DNA from: Eledone cirrhosa
Lineage: Eukaryota
DNA: 64,000 nt
Direction: 5' to 3'
Assembly: GCA_964016885.1 (NCBI GenBank)
Contig: OZ024754.1
Span: 25,544,001-25,608,000 of the forward strand
The position numbers were made by a program, and so were the translations under genes. Below are positions 31,946-47,216 of the stretch, piece by piece (within the stretch, counting starts at the first letter, position 1; each line of letters opens with the position of its first letter). Below the pieces are notes generated by a model. That model saw nothing but the letters and a program-made list of their open reading frames with translations, did no database searches and was not told the DNA's origin.

Positions 31946-32048
31946 TAATTGCCTTATGTTGTTTATTACATAATAATAATAATTAAGCTCTGTTGCTTAC
32001 ATAGAGCACTCTTTTTTCCTGGACTTTTCCGATGGAATTACTTCATTT

Positions 32049-32104
<56 letters not shown>

Positions 32105-32107
<3 letters not shown>

Positions 32108-32462
32108 GGAGGTGAGTTTTATTGTAGTACAATAAAGCAATGCAGATATCGGATAAGAAGCACTCTACAGTTTGTGGGACTGGAGTATGCATAATATAAG
32201 ATCAAAAGATGGTTAAAGGAGTTCCATATATTTTATTATGCGCATTTCAAAAACAAACATCATCAAGCAATAATATTTGTGTTTTCATCAGATAAAACAG
32301 GAGAACATGATATGAAGGCTAAAAAAACACTTGTTGATAGTGCAGTTTTAAATCAACATATGAAAAGTGGTTTTAGATTGATGTGTGATATTGGGAAAAA
32401 TATTTTATTTAGAGAGGGGGGGGGGGGAAGGATGAAAAGGGAAGGAGATGATCTTTTGATCT

Positions 32463-32470
<8 letters not shown>
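32105..32470 (-). repeat. Solo PLE pLTR (family H)
   Basis: 32105-32207 matches 54246-54353; ~32197-32400 matches the rc of ~56110-56312. Confidence 0.8.
32231..32297 (-). ncRNA. Hammerhead ribozyme (family H)
   Basis: Homologue of 56210-56278. Confidence 0.85.
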
Positions 32471-32500
<30 letters not shown>

Positions 32501-32734
32501 ATGTATGTATGTGTATATATGTGTGTGTGTATGTGTGTGTATATGTGTATATATAATATGTATATGTGTGTGTAAATATATGTATGTATATGTGTATATA
32601 TGTGTGTATATGTGTATATATATGTATATTTGTATATATATATGTATATGTGTATGTACATACGTGTATATATATGTGTGTATGTATGTGTTTATATGTA
32701 TGTATGTGTATATGTATGTTTGTATGTGTGTTTG

Positions 32735-32831
<97 letters not shown>

Positions 32832-33027
32832 GTATATATGTGTGTGTGTATGTATGTATATGTGTGTATATTTTTATGTATATGTATATATTTGTGTGTA
32901 TGTATATATATATATATATATATATACTTATGTATATGTGTATGTGTGTGTATGTGTGTGTGTGTATATGTATATATGTATATGTGCGGGTGTGTGTATA
33001 TATGTGTGTATATATATATATGTATGT

Positions 33028-33105
<78 letters not shown>

Positions 33106-33251
33106 GTGTGTGTGTGTATGTGTGTATATATGTGTGTATATATATATGTATATATATATATATATGTATATATGGTGCTTTTTCCTTATATATGTGTATG
33201 TATGTGTATGTATGTGTGTGTGTGTGTTTGTATGTGTATATATTTGTTTAT

Positions 33252-33302
<51 letters not shown>

Positions 33303-33444
33303 ATGTGTATGTATGTATATATGTATGTGGTTATATATATGAATGTATATATATATATGTATATGTGTATATATATATGTGTGTGTGTGTTTGTGTGTAT
33401 GTGTGTGTATATGTATATATATATATATGTGTGTGTGTATGGTT

Positions 33445-33499
<55 letters not shown>

Positions 33500-33517
33500 C
33501 ATGTATATATGTGTATG

Positions 33518-33578
<61 letters not shown>

Positions 33579-33625
33579 GTATACGTATGTGTGTGTATAT
33601 ATGTATGTGTATGTATGTATGTGTG

Positions 33626-33680
<55 letters not shown>

Positions 33681-33879
33681 ATATGTGTCTGTGTATGTGT
33701 ATGTATATATGTCTATATGTATTTGTGTGGATATGTATACACATGTATATTTGTGTTTGTATGTATGCGTGTGAGTGTATTTATTTGTGTATATATGTGT
33801 GGGTGTGTGTATGTATGTGTATGTGTGTGTGTATCTGTATATGTGTATATATATATGTGTGTGTATATATGTGTATATA

Positions 33880-33919
<40 letters not shown>

Positions 33920-34080
33920 GTATGTATGTATGTATGTGTGTGTGTATGTGTGTGTACATGAATATATATTTATATATTTTTATATATGTGTGTGTGTTTT
34001 TATATGTGTATATGTGTTTGTGTGTGTGTTTATGGTTGCGCGTAAGTGTGTGAGTGAGTATGTGTTTTTTTGTTTTTTTG
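32471..34080. repeat. (TA)/(TG) microsatellite mosaic
   Basis: Direct reading. Confidence 0.9.
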
Positions 34081-34534
34081 TGAATGTGTCTGTTGATTTT
34101 TGGCATATAGTTGATTAGTTTAAGAGAAGTTCGAAGATAATAGTAAGATATGCACTCAGTATTTTGAATCTGTCTGCAGAATTCTCTAGACCTTTGTCAC
34201 TTAGTAGAACCTTAATGATTTTAGCTTTTAAAGAATCTCCCTTTTCTTTAATTCTATCGACTATGACTGACCCCCCACTGATTTTATAGACATCTGTTAG
34301 CTTAAGAGAAACTTAATGACAAGGAATGGTATGCCATCCGGAACCTGTTTATAGAATTCTGTCTGCCCTTGTTACTCTAAAAACATAAATAAATAAAAAT
34401 AAACTATAGCTTTGTAGAATTAGCTTTTAATGAATTCCCTTTTCTATCAACCAATGACCTGCACCCATCCCACTCCCCACCCTCTCCTACCACTTGTAGA
34501 GACCTATAAATACCATTTTTATTTTTTGATACCC

Positions 34535-34585
34535 AGATTCCTGATGATTTCTAATGAATGAAACAGTTCTAGTCCTGTAGAATCT
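34535..34585 (+). ncRNA. Hammerhead ribozyme (family I)
   Basis: AGATTC-CTGATGA-tTTC taat GAAt-GAAA-CAG ttctagtc CTG-TA-GAATCT. Confidence 0.8.
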
Positions 34586-34667
34586 CATCTATATTAAAAC
34601 TTTTATACTCTGCTAAGTATTGAGTACCTTACTTACTGTGGTTACCTCCGATTCAACCCGGAATAAC

Positions 34668-35143
<476 letters not shown>

Positions 35144-35227
35144 CTTTGAATAACTTTGAAATGTTTCAGCCAGTATTAGCCCACGCCATGTCTAACTTAA
35201 TAGCACCACCTGGCGAAGTCTTACAAT

Positions 35228-38200
35228 TCACGATTTGGGCACCATGGCACATTCGAGAAGGGAATTACTGTTTGCGGAGACATATCCGGGTGTGGGTGGT
35301 TTGTCCGGGATTACTTGGAGGAATTTGTCCAAAGACTTCTTGAATTTTGTGTGGTCAGTTTCTGTTTTGACGTGTCCTGGTGTGATGTTGAAGAGAGCAG
35401 GGCTAATTGAGGTGAAATAATTGTGCCGTATTGTTGTTATGAGTTGCGATTTAGATTTTTGTTTGGGACGGATAGCACGGGGCCCAAGCCTTGGGTGTAT
35501 TTTGAAGGTGATGTCAAAATCATTTGGGCAGTGCTGATGAAACATTTTCCACATCATGCAGATAATATAACGCTCACGGCGACGTTGGAGTGAGTAAAGT
35601 TTCAGGTTTTCTAGTCGACCCCAGTAGTCAAGGTCTGACATGCCATCTATCTTTTTCGTGATTGCCCTTTGCGGAGCTTCAAGTTTCATGATACTTTGTT
35701 TCGTGTGGGGAGACCACAGTGGACAACAGTATTCAAGGTGTGGTCGGGCAAAAGTAGAGAAGAGAAGGATAATGGTGTGGGAATCTCTCGACTGGAAGGT
35801 TCTGAGGATCCAGGAACACATTCTGCGGGCCATGTCAACTTTGCTGCTTATATGCGTGGCCCAGCTTATGTTGCTATCCACGGTTACTCCCAAGTCTCTG
35901 ATGTTGTTAGATGCCACGAGAGTTTCACCAGAGGGAAGGGAGTACGGGAGTTTCAGAGCATCCTCTTTTCCAAAGTGGATCAGTTCGAATTTGTCTTCGT
36001 TCAGTAACATGTTGTTCTTTTCCGCCCATTGGGTAACAGCCAGTAGGTCTGACTGAAGGCTTATCCGGTCATCCACGCCATTGATGTCCTTTTGGAGCTT
36101 GGAATCATCAGCGAAAATTTTAATGTTGCTGTGTTTGATGATGTCAGTGATGTCATTAATATAGATGATGAAGAGAAGTGGGCCCAACACAGTGCCTTGT
36201 GGGACCCCACTACTGACTTTGGCTGGGCTGGATTTGACTCCTTCAACTACAACATGTTGGGTTCTGTTTGACAGGAAGCTCTTGGTCCACTGCAGCAGCT
36301 TTCCAGTGACACCAATATTGGACAGCTTTCTCAGTAGAATGTTATGATCAACCCTGTCAAAGGCCTTGCTGAAATCAAGGTAGATAACATCAGTGTTGGA
36401 ACCCTCTCCCAAGGCTCTCAAAATGTCATCAAAGTGATGCAGTAGCTGCGTCAGGCAATCCCTTCCATTACGGAATCCATGCTGGTTGGAGTTCAGCATA
36501 TTGTTACTCTCAAGGAAGTGGGTCATTCGCGATCTCACCACTCTCTCAAATACCTTAATGATATGAGAGGTGAGTGAGATTGGACGGTAATTCACGGCAA
36601 GGGATTTGTTTCCTTTTTTGAAAACTGGGACAACAGACTGGGATAGAAGGTTTTCTGGCACATATCCAGCATCCAGTGAGTTCCGCCACAAATTGGCAAG
36701 AGGAGATGCAAGTTGGTGTTGACACGCCTTCAAGACACAAGCAGGGAACCTATCGGGACCTACTGCTGAATTATGCTTGATTTCCTTTATTGCCGCTAAG
36801 ACATCAGGGGCGCCAAACGTTATGTCCGATATGGTGTAATGGGGAGTAACATCGCCGATACAGCCCAGATCGGCCATATCAGGATTGCTGAAAACAGAGC
36901 AGTATTGTTTCTGCAGTATCTCACCCATGGTTTTAGCATTGTCTTGAAAAGTGCCATTTTCATCAATTAGAGGGCCAACAGTAGAGCCAGTGATTTTGTG
37001 TTTTTTTGCAAATGAAAAGAACACTTTGGGATTGAGTTTGATCTTCTCAATGGCCCAGGCCTCTTCAGCTCTTCTCTGATTGTTGATGATAGACATCATA
37101 TTGTTTTGGAGGTTATGTTTTTTAATCTCTAGTGATGAAATGGCAGTTAAGTTGATGTGTTGCTGCTGACAGTATTTCAGCTTGTTGATTTTTTTGTTAG
37201 TTCTCTTAATTTTGCTGATGAGCGTTTTTCTATTTCTAGGGATTCTGCTCTTAGATTTGTTTATAGTTCTTAATGGGGTGTGTTTTGCACATATGTTTGT
37301 AACAGTGTCCACAAATGTCTGCCAGGACTTTTTGATGTTAGTGGGTGTGTGAGTGTGCGTGAAGGACCAGTCGACATGTGCAAGATCATGACTGATCGCT
37401 TCCCAGTTTGCATCGTGGAAATCCATAGCGTCAAACGGATGGACAGGAGAGATGACATTGGGTTTGTATATTGGACGGTGGAATCTCAGATCACAGAGAG
37501 CCATGTCATGATCAGAGAGTAGAGTTTTCTCCACTGCAATATTGTGGATAGTGTCAGTGTGATTGCTGAAAATTAAGTCTAGGACGTTTTTGTGGCACCT
37601 CGTTGGTTCGAGCACCAGTTGGGACAGGAAGAAATCATCCATGAAGTCAAGAAGCGATTCCACTGCTTCCCTGTCAGAGGTTGAGGCAGAAGAACCTGGT
37701 GGCAGGCTGTTTGTGGACCAGTCAACTCCGGGGAGGTTGAAGTCCCCCATCATTAAGATGTTGTCAGGGTGACACTGTTGGATGAAACTCTTTATGCTGT
37801 TGAGGCATTCCTTGAAGCATGGTAGAGGCGTTTGGGGTGGCCTATAGAGCCCAACTACTATTAGGTTGTTGGTTTGACTGAATACAGTGACTGCTTCGCA
37901 GTATCCATTAGTAAATATGTTCATAGCCTCTGTTGAGAAAGAATTATGGACATAAATGGCAGTCCCACCCTTTCTTCTGCCAGCGCGATCAGCACGGATG
38001 GCTTTGAAATTTTTCACTTTCACCTCGGCTTCCAAGTGGAGGTTGCTGAGATGGGTTTCAGTGAGGACGAAGAAGGGGATGTGGTTTGGATGGACATCAA
38101 CCCAGTCCTCCAGGAATTTGATCTTCCTTTTTTGAGTATTGGTGGAAGGGCTGATGCCTTGGGCGTTAAGCAAAAATGTTGAGGCGAGAGTGGATGGTTT

Positions 38201-38248
38201 TAATTGTTTTGGTGTCTTGTTAATTTGTTTGTTTGTTAATGGCAGCAA
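35228..38248 (-). CDS. LINE ORF2: APE endonuclease + reverse transcriptase (1006 aa)
   Basis: LTETHL, GGTAIYV, YRPP, GDFN, LDLIF, SDH; [42 protein letters not shown]. The start codon is uncertain (TTG). Confidence 0.93.
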   Translation of the reverse strand: MLPLTNKQINKTPKQLKPSTLASTFLLNAQGISPSTNTQKRKIKFLEDWVDVHPNHIPFFVLTETHLSNLHLEAEVKVKNFKAIRADRAGRRKGGTAIYVHNSFSTEAMNIFTNGYCEAVTVFSQTNNLIVVGLYRPPQTPLPCFKECLNSIKSFIQQCHPDNILMMGDFNLPGVDWSTNSLPPGSSASTSDREAVESLLDFMDDFFLSQLVLEPTRCHKNVLDLIFSNHTDTIHNIAVEKTLLSDHDMALCDLRFHRPIYKPNVISPVHPFDAMDFHDANWEAISHDLAHVDWSFTHTHTPTNIKKSWQTFVDTVTNICAKHTPLRTINKSKSRIPRNRKTLISKIKRTNKKINKLKYCQQQHINLTAISSLEIKKHNLQNNMMSIINNQRRAEEAWAIEKIKLNPKVFFSFAKKHKITGSTVGPLIDENGTFQDNAKTMGEILQKQYCSVFSNPDMADLGCIGDVTPHYTISDITFGAPDVLAAIKEIKHNSAVGPDRFPACVLKACQHQLASPLANLWRNSLDAGYVPENLLSQSVVPVFKKGNKSLAVNYRPISLTSHIIKVFERVVRSRMTHFLESNNMLNSNQHGFRNGRDCLTQLLHHFDDILRALGEGSNTDVIYLDFSKAFDRVDHNILLRKLSNIGVTGKLLQWTKSFLSNRTQHVVVEGVKSSPAKVSSGVPQGTVLGPLLFIIYINDITDIIKHSNIKIFADDSKLQKDINGVDDRISLQSDLLAVTQWAEKNNMLLNEDKFELIHFGKEDALKLPYSLPSGETLVASNNIRDLGVTVDSNISWATHISSKVDMARRMCSWILRTFQSRDSHTIILLFSTFARPHLEYCCPLWSPHTKQSIMKLEAPQRAITKKIDGMSDLDYWGRLENLKLYSLQRRRERYIICMMWKMFHQHCPNDFDITFKIHPRLGPRAIRPKQKSKSQLITTIRHNYFTSISPALFNITPGHVKTETDHTKFKKSLDKFLQVIPDKPPTPGYVSANSNSLLECAMVPKS

Positions 38249-38249
38249 T

Positions 38250-38639
38250 GGGAGTTTGTGCAGTGAGGTGATAGTGGAGGGTGGTGCTGGGTGATAGCTC
38301 GAATGTTTTTTTCCAGTTCTTTTGCCAGATTCATTATAGCTAAAAAAGAGGAAGAAGTTTCCTGTTTAGGTGACTATGGTAGTGGTTATTTTTATGTAGG
38401 TTATGGTTTTTGTTTTTGCTTTTATTTTTATTTTTATTTTCATTTGTCCGACGGGTCCCCAGGAGATGGGTAAAGGGACAATCCCGGTGTAAACACAATC
38501 TGTCTCGCAGGGAAAAGCGGCAGATTTGCGGATTCCTTGTTTGAGTTAATGGTGGTTGTGTTGGTATTAAATTAGAGTATGTATTATGGTTGTGGCTGGC
38601 TGTTTGTGGGGATAGACTGTTTTGTCCTAGGTAAATGGG

Positions 38640-38640
<1 letters not shown>
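38250..38640 (-). pseudogene. LINE ORF1 C-terminal remnant with CCCH-type zinc finger
   Basis: Manual translation ICRFSLRDRLCLHRDCPFTHLLGT (C-x8-C-x4-C-x3-H, 38466-38522). Confidence 0.65.
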
Positions 38641-38710
<70 letters not shown>

Positions 38711-38712
38711 AT

Positions 38713-39514
38713 TTTCACTAAATTCTGTGGATGAATCTATATCCTGATTCTCTTTGAGATGAGTTTGAATTATTTTTCCCACATCTTACGTTAACTATTT
38801 TTCCCATTTTGACGCTATAGTCACTTATATATTATGGAATACTGTTGGCTTTTCGCTACAATGTTTTCTATACCTTTCATTTATATATTTATACTCGGAT
38901 ATTTCCTCGGTTGCTTAAATTATTTGTGACTAATCCCGGTATTTTTTTTATAAAAGACCGCGATAATATTGCTTTTTGCTGAACTCCTTATTGTAGAGTT
39001 TTTTTCGGAATGTTTTTTGACTGTTGTTTCTTGTAAACAAACATTCGTCTCATTCTGACGTCACCAGCCCTGTCTTTCGTCATGTGCGTTTTATTTTTCA
39101 TAATCACGCATGATGGTGAACTAGCCTGTTTTAAAATCCCTTTTTTGGCATATTAATCTGTGAGAATCTTGGTTATCGAGTTGAGCTCAGCTGAGGATCG
39201 AATTACAACCGTGACCATCTCCACTGAAAGTTTTCTTGAAATAGTTTAAGACTATACAGAGCATTTGAAGTTTTTCCAAATTGAAGGATGAGTATTTTAG
39301 ACTTTATTTTATCATGAGTTAATGCTCGATTGATTTTTTCCCTGGATTTCACTAAATTCTGTGGATGAATCTATATCCTGATCTCTTTGAGATGAGTTTC
39401 AATTATTTTTACCACATCTTACGTTAACTATTTTTCCCATTTTGACGCTATACTCACTTATGTATTATGGAATACTGTTGGCTTTTCGCTACAATGTTTT
39501 CTATACCTTTCATT

Positions 39515-39516
<2 letters not shown>
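38713..39516. repeat. Partial tandem repeat, 634-bp period
   Basis: tttcactaaattctgtggatg (~170 bp block) at 38713 and 39347; (TA)n on both sides. Confidence 0.85.
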
Positions 39517-39590
<74 letters not shown>

Positions 39591-39598
39591 TAAATATA

Positions 39599-39690
<92 letters not shown>

Positions 39691-39747
39691 TGCATATATA
39701 TATAAATGTATATATATATATATATATATATATGCATATATATATAA

Positions 39748-39816
<69 letters not shown>

Positions 39817-39820
39817 AATA

Positions 39821-39861
<41 letters not shown>

Positions 39862-39868
39862 GTATATA

Positions 39869-40046
<178 letters not shown>

Positions 40047-40090
40047 ATGAAGGTAAAACAAAGAAGCCTTCAATACATCAAAAGTCTTTA

Positions 40091-40135
40091 TTAGCCAACA
40101 ATGTTTCGTCCTATTAAGGACTCATCAGGGCAATT
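40091..40135 (-). ncRNA. Minimal hammerhead ribozyme (family J)
   Basis: GCC-CTGATGA-GTCC ttaata GGAC-GAAA-CATTG-TT-GGC. Confidence 0.9.
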
Positions 40136-41808
40136 AAAACAACAAGAAGTATTATCGGCCAATACAAGCCGAAAACTCCGAAGAATATGGAGTGTACATA
40201 CACTAAAGTATTGGAAGATTATGGGTAAAAATATATAATAAAAATCACTAAGAAGGTGTATAACATTTAGAACCATATTACAAATATAGTCCAAAGCAAA
40301 AAAAACCTAGAGCTAAACAAAGATGGTTATAGAGCAGGTATTATATATAATACTATATAATATAATATAATATAATATACTTGTACCAATATTAAAATTA
40401 CAATAAAAATTAAAAGGTACAATATACATATGTATATATGTACACACACGTACGCACATATACACATACATCAATACACATATCCATCTTCAACAGCAAA
40501 AATTAAACCTTATTAAGAGTTTAAATATAAATAAGCATGATAGGAATAAAAATAATAATAATAATAATACGTATATCTAATATACATGAGGTAATAATAT
40601 GATAAATAGCACATATAATATATAATAAACTATACAATTATATACTATATAATATAATATAATAGATAATCTCCAGTTAATTTACACAAACAATATAGAT
40701 GTCACAACAATACTATAATAATAATATAATAACATATATAATATACAATATATAATGGCATGCAAGTTAACAAATCAATTCATATAGAGTTACAGAGTAG
40801 GTGAGAAAAAATAAATTGTACAATACCCAAAATTATGATGGTACAAAAATATAAACATCTTACATGATATATAAAATTTAACATATCACAATGGTACATA
40901 TAATCAACGGTAAGTAATAAGGATCGATAGTACAATAACAAATACAATATAAAATAATTAACATAATATAATATATAATTACTTATAATTAAAGGTTGGT
41001 AAACAGACATATATGTGGATGAGTGAGTAAGGGCCGGACAGTAAATAGAATGCACAGTAGTATTACAAATAAATAAATAAATAGAATTAACCGGAAATTA
41101 AAAAACAAAAACAAAAGTATACACTTAGGTGTCACATGCAGTTAAGTAAAAACTTAGGAAACAACCCCGGTAAATGACTCGAAAACCCTATTTGATAAAT
41201 TAATATTAAAAATATTTAAAATATCCAATAAGGCAATACAATATTAGCTATGGTTTAAGTAATCAAAATTTATAAACGTTAATATTTCACTACAAAAATA
41301 TATATATAAAGGAATGAAATTTTCTACTATCATTTACATAACGATATCTAAAAAACTGACTTAAGCAGAATTATGGTAGGCTAATAGGGACAGAAAAAAA
41401 GAAATGTATGGAGGATACAAAGGAGCATAAAATAATAGTCAATATACTATATTAAATAATAGAAAGGAGCGTAAAAGAGGGGGGGGGGGATTAAATATAA
41501 TCATAATCTATTTGGATGGGTTGACAATAAGTTTATGTGCGCATGGGGGGAGTGGGGGGGGGGGGCGGGTATCCAAAGAAGAATCCAAATAAAATAAAAT
41601 AAAATAATGTAAAATATATAATCAGATATATACTCATAAGGTGTTAATAGTGAAAATTTAATGCGTAAGAAGATAGATATGGTATAGTAGCCAAAAGATT
41701 ATGAGAGCTAGAATAAAGAGTTGTCAAAAACCAATGATAATAATGATGATAATAATGGTGGTAAACAAAAAGAACCTAAACTAAAAAATAAGTAATGGAA
41801 TATATCTG

Positions 41809-44496
41809 CTAATGGATACAATTTATACTACTAGAGCCTTTAGGTTTATAATAAAAGTAAGAATTAGAAATAGCGTGGGGGCAAGAAGAGAATATCTCAG
41901 ACTTTCTATTAAGTAAGGATTCGCTAGAGAAAATTATAGAGTGTGTCTCGAGGATACAGAGATTACAAAATTTAGTATGTGTAGAAAGGTTATTAGAGCG
42001 TGCTACTAAACGCCAGTTAAGGCTATATGGTATATTAGCCCCCTTAAGATCCCAGATATAGTGTGCTAAAGAAGTAGAATTCTTAAACTTAACATGTTTG
42101 AAATTAGAGATATGAGAATTAAACCTAGTCTTAAAAGTGTTAGATGTAGAGCCTATATAAGTTCTATTAGAGGAATTAGTTATACCTATGCAAGCATAGA
42201 CGATGTTCTTAGAGAGGCAGTTACCGTTTAAAGGGCAGTTAGCACTCACTCTACAGTTACACTTCCGGGTGCTATTGGTTGGCTGAAGTGGTGATGCATT
42301 ACACGTAGGTTTGCTATTAGATAAGGTCTGTTCTGGTGGTAAGGCATTTCCAGATCTGTTCAGACTAGTAGTATGTAGAGAGGAGAATCCATCCCTAATT
42401 TTCCTATTGTTAGTGCTAGCTAAATGAGAACTAATATTAGGGGTGGTAGAGAATGAAAGTTTAATAACATTTTTATTAAAAATACTATGGTATTTATGAG
42501 AAGGGGGAAATTTTTCTCTAAGATAGAAAAGAAAGACCTAGGGATATTAGTTAATACTTCCTGATTATATGGTGGGTTAAAATAAGTATTTAGTCTTCTT
42601 CTATTTTTATCTTTACCGACTCTACCATTATCTAATATCCCACTATCAAGACTAGGGTTACTACAAGGATTAGTTAAAACCGCATTATTAGAATCAGCCA
42701 AAATTCAATTAAGTCTATTACTGTTTCTACCTCCAGTAGATCTACTGTCGTCTGGAATCCCATCAAAAGGATTAGGGCCAATAATAGGATCAGTAGAAGC
42801 AACATTATTAGAATTAGATCTAGCAAAATTATCACCAATGAGTGAGCGCTCAGAGGGTTCGACTTGTTTCCTAGAGGTATTATATTCCCTATTACGAGTC
42901 CCGTGAGTTAACTTATGGATGGTTTCAGATACACCTATGTAATTTTTACGGTTATTATGCTTCCTACTCCCATTCATGGCCATGTTATGTGATATTATGT
43001 TATTATTATTAAAAGTAAGCGGAGACTTTCTAAGGTTACTATTATTATAATGTATTTTACTAGAGTAACCGGAATTTGCTAGGGCATTATGATAGTACTC
43101 CGCATGTTTATTAAATGTTCCTACGTCCTTAGAGAGTGTGGAAATCCTATTAGATACACCCTTAATTATAGAGCTTATCATAGATTTGGGGTGGTTAGAA
43201 TTGGGACTAACATAAGAAAGTATTTCATTAGGCTTATGGAAGGGTTTAAAACTATTAGTGACCAAGTCCAAAGTCACATCTAAAAAGTTAACCGCTCTAT
43301 CATTTCTATCTATCGTGATCGAAAGGTTATAGCTTTTAAAAAACTTATAAAGCTTCTTCTTATTATGCTCGACATTGTTGGTGTTAGAGTTAATTACAAA
43401 CAATGCATCATCACGATATAGTCCGCCTTTAAGGTGCGGGAAGGTAACATATAGTTCATTTAGGAGGAACAACCCAACAAGATCAGTTACCTGGGCCGAA
43501 TCACTCGAACCCATTGTAACGTCGAAATTATTGGGCGTGTTTTTACGGGTCCAAAATGTGTCCTCAAATTTAATAATAGTTCTACGGGCTGCTAGTATAA
43601 TATCTACCTGTGATCGTGTAAGGCTGGACACTCTCATGGCCAACATTAAAGCTTTATTGAGGAGGATGGGTGAAATTGATGTGTAGTAGGCATCAATATC
43701 GAATTGGATAAACTTATTAGATTCAAGTTTATTAATCCCAGAGAACCAATCTATAACTTCTTTAGTGTTCCCCCATAGGCTAAAATTAACTTTATCCCTA
43801 ACATCTGGTATAATAAGGTCAAGGATTTTTTTTACTGATTATGGCTATATCGGACTTAGAAGGACAGATAAGTCTAACAGAGGGGTTGCTAATAAAATCT
43901 ACCTTATGATCCTTAAGAGTGAATCTCGGTTCTCGAGGGTAATATGGCTGGGTATACTTATCGAGGCCGAGGTCAGAGACAATTTTAAGACCCTCACTAT
44001 TGATGTGGTTCAAATTATCAAGCGTAGTTTTTTTATAATTTCTATGTAGCTCCTTATAAATAAAGTCACGGTAAGCACTGTAATCCATGGAGTATAGATT
44101 CTTAGTCTTATCCGCCGGGACAAGAATGGACTTATTCTCACCAAAACCCGTAACAATATTTTTAAGTCTAGACTGGAACTTATCAAATTTATTATAATTT
44201 CTATGTCTATTATTTGGCCTATACTTAATATTTTTGACAAGAGAGAGTAAGTCGATTTCAAAACTATCTAATAGAATATTATGTGGTGGGCTCTTATAAG
44301 TTTTGAAGCCATAGTTATTAAAATTTGTTCTATTCCTGGGGTCCTTCCTATTCTTATTATTATCATAGTGGAAAGCACGCCATCTAATCCTTTTTACAAA
44401 GGAGTTAACACTAGCTATCAATAGTTTTTCGTAAGTATTCTTAGAGGGGGTGGGAATATTCTTCAGAGATAAAGGCAGGTAACTCTTTGTTAGCAT
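41809..44496 (-). pseudogene. PLE RT + GIY-YIG ORF in four pieces
   Basis: SLKNIP, RIRWRA, PADKTKN; MGS, YRDD, FLDVTLD; YFNPPY; CPLNGNC, IVY-YIG, CNLC, CPH. Confidence 0.9.
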
Positions 44497-44708
44497 ACTG
44501 TCAGATATATATATATAAAGGCCAAAATACCAGTATATAGGAGGAAGCTCAACCAATCGGGAGCAGTGACAAGGATTAAAATACTGGAGCGTGTTGGAGT
44601 TAAACACCCTCTTCGTATTATAGAAATGACAGTAAAGGGTATAGCTCAATGTAATTAAACAGAGCCGAAGAATTATATGTATATATATATATATATGTTA
44701 ATATATAT

Positions 44709-46422
44709 ACTCTTTTACTCTTTTACTCTTTTACTCTTTTACCTGTTTCAGCCATCCGGCTGAGGCCATGCTGGGGCACCGCCCTTGTTGCTACACATTT
44801 TATCTCCAGCCTCTATAGGTTGGCCACTGGTGTAAGAGGGCGTTTGTTGTTGGTTTCCCTCGTGCCTTGCTGTGGGCTCATCCAGGATCCTGGATAGCAA
44901 GTTATCGAGATGTTTCTTGAAGACATCCACCTGCACGTCATGCAAATCTCTCAGATCCCTCGGCAGCTTGTTGAAGAGCTGAGGGCCCTTGAATCCCAGG
45001 CTATTGTAATACCTGCTCCATATTCTAGATGTGGAAGACGGGACCTTTGGCACCACACAGTAACGTCCCGTTTGACGGTTGGTCCAGCTCCTAATGTCAA
45101 AGTTTGGTGCTAGTCCCTCCAGGATTTTCCACATGTAGATCACTGCGTATCTCTCCCGTCTTCGTTCCAATGAGTAGAGGTTCAGTTGCTTTAGCCTCTC
45201 CCAGTAGCTTGTCTCCTTCATCGTGGCAATCCTCTTGGTGTAGCTTCGCTGCATTGCCTCATGATCCAGCCAACGAGTCGTCTGCACATTGTCGCCACTT
45301 TCATGATGTTTGAGGAAAAAGACGCATCATCGCTCATGTCTATGCCCAAGTCTCGTATCGATTTTGACACGGAGATATCGGTCCTTCCTGGTCCTGTGTA
45401 GTTGTGTTGTACTATATTTTTGTTTGCAGGTTAGTTTGGAGGTTTGTATTGTAGGGCTTGGAATTTGCCAGCATTAAACTGTATGTTGTTTTCTTGCGCC
45501 CATTTGTATATGGCATCCAGATCTTGTTGTAAAAGAGCAGTGTCAGCCGGGTTTTTGATTTCCTGTGCTACCTCAGTGTCATCAGCATAGCTAGTGTGGG
45601 ATGTTGTTGTATGTACTACAGAGGGCATGTCTGGGAGAGCCACCAAAAACAGTAGTGGTCCCAGGACTGTCCCCTGGGGCACCCCACTTGTTATTGGTGT
45701 TTCCTTTGAAAGGGCCCCATTTGCTGCGACTGCCTGGCTTCTGTCCTTTAGGAAGTCATGCAGCCACTCACCTACTTTTCCAGTTATGCCGAGTCCGTGT
45801 AGTTTGTGACATATCATTCCGTGGTCGACCTTGTCAAAGGCCTTCGCAAATTTAAGATATATCACTTTCACATGTGAGCTGTCTAGTAGTTGTTTCAGTA
45901 CCCAGTCGTAGTGATGTAGTAGCTGTGTAAGGCAGCTTCTTCCTGGGCGGAAGCGATGTTGCTTGCTAGTCGGGCGGTCATTTTCCTCAAGGAAAATGAT
46001 CAGTTACTTTCTGACGACTCGCTCCATGACCTTACTGATATGCGACGTCAGGGAGACTAGCCTATAGTTTTTGGTCTCCGCTCTGCTACCTCATTTATGG
46101 ATAGGGCATATTGTGCCTTCTTTCAGCTCCCTGGGTAGTACACCGTTAGCCAAGGAGCTTCTGAAAAGCATCTTCAGTGGAGTTGCTAAGGCCCGCTTAC
46201 ATGTTTTTAAGAGAACTGCTGGGAATCCATCAGGTCCAGCAGCTGAGTCTGTTCTAATTTCATCTATGGCGTACACCACATTCTCCTCCGTTATGTCTAT
46301 GTGGTTGATGGTCGCCATTTCTTGATGTAGTGTTGTGGCATCAAAGAACTCCTCTGGCTTCGTTATTTGCATGTGCCTCAGTGCACATGTGAACACACTT
46401 TTGTACTGTTCGTTCAGTATTT
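44709..46422 (-). mobile_element. Decayed 5'-truncated CR1-type LINE (RT fragments)
   Basis: [42 protein letters not shown] in broken frames; 8-bp tandem tail (actctttt)4 at 44709. Confidence 0.88.
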
Positions 46423-46456
46423 CACATATATATATACACATTTATATACATGCATA

Positions 46457-46572
<116 letters not shown>

Positions 46573-46957
46573 CAAATAGACATATATATATATATACATA
46601 TATACATATACATATATACATATATATATATACATATATATATATACATATGAAATATATGAAATATAAGAATCAAAGAACTGTTCAAAACATTATTGTG
46701 CTTACAGTTGTTTCCACCAAACCGAGGTTTGGATTCTTCGGAGCAATTTATTAATGCATGGACAGTTATATGACCTCCTTTTCAGCCAAGAGACATACCG
46801 ATACATATGCAAATATTGTGTATTTACATATGCAAATATTATGTATTTACATAACCATAAATAGTATAACTAATACTATATATACATATATATATATACA
46901 TATACATACATATACATACATATACATATATATATATATATACATATATATACACAC

Positions 46958-46990
<33 letters not shown>

Positions 46991-47216
46991 CATATATATA
47001 CACATATATATATACACGTACATACATACATATATACACATACATATATAAATACATATATATACATATACATACATATATATATACATATATATATACA
47101 AACATATATACATACATACATACATACATACACATACATATACATATATACATACATATACATATATACATACATATATACATACATATATATATATATA
47201 CATACATATATATATA

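Larger units (their letters stand above)
28908..32010 (-). mobile_element. 5'-truncated PLE (family G) with two HHRs in its 3' region and an inverted pLTR copy (~31497-32010)
   Basis: EN ORF 30831-31495; 31497-31982 is the reverse complement of ~28908-29400. Confidence 0.8.
35141..38643 (-). mobile_element. CR1-type non-LTR retrotransposon, 5'-truncated within ORF1
   Basis: Intact ORF2, short 3' UTR ending in (TTCAAAGTTA)2, ORF1 remnant, (TA)n on both sides. Confidence 0.88.
40047..44680 (-). mobile_element. Full-length frameshifted Naiad-like PLE (family J)
   Basis: RT-EN pieces, ~1.7-kb AT-rich 3' region and terminal HHR; (TA)n flanks. Confidence 0.88.

Noticed and set aside
35146-38182. 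Short antisense or alternate-frame ORFs over the LINE and PLE ORFs
   Set aside because: Shadow ORFs without motifs.
39185-39245. CTGAGGA...GAAA as a hammerhead
   Set aside because: No consistent stems I and III around the core.
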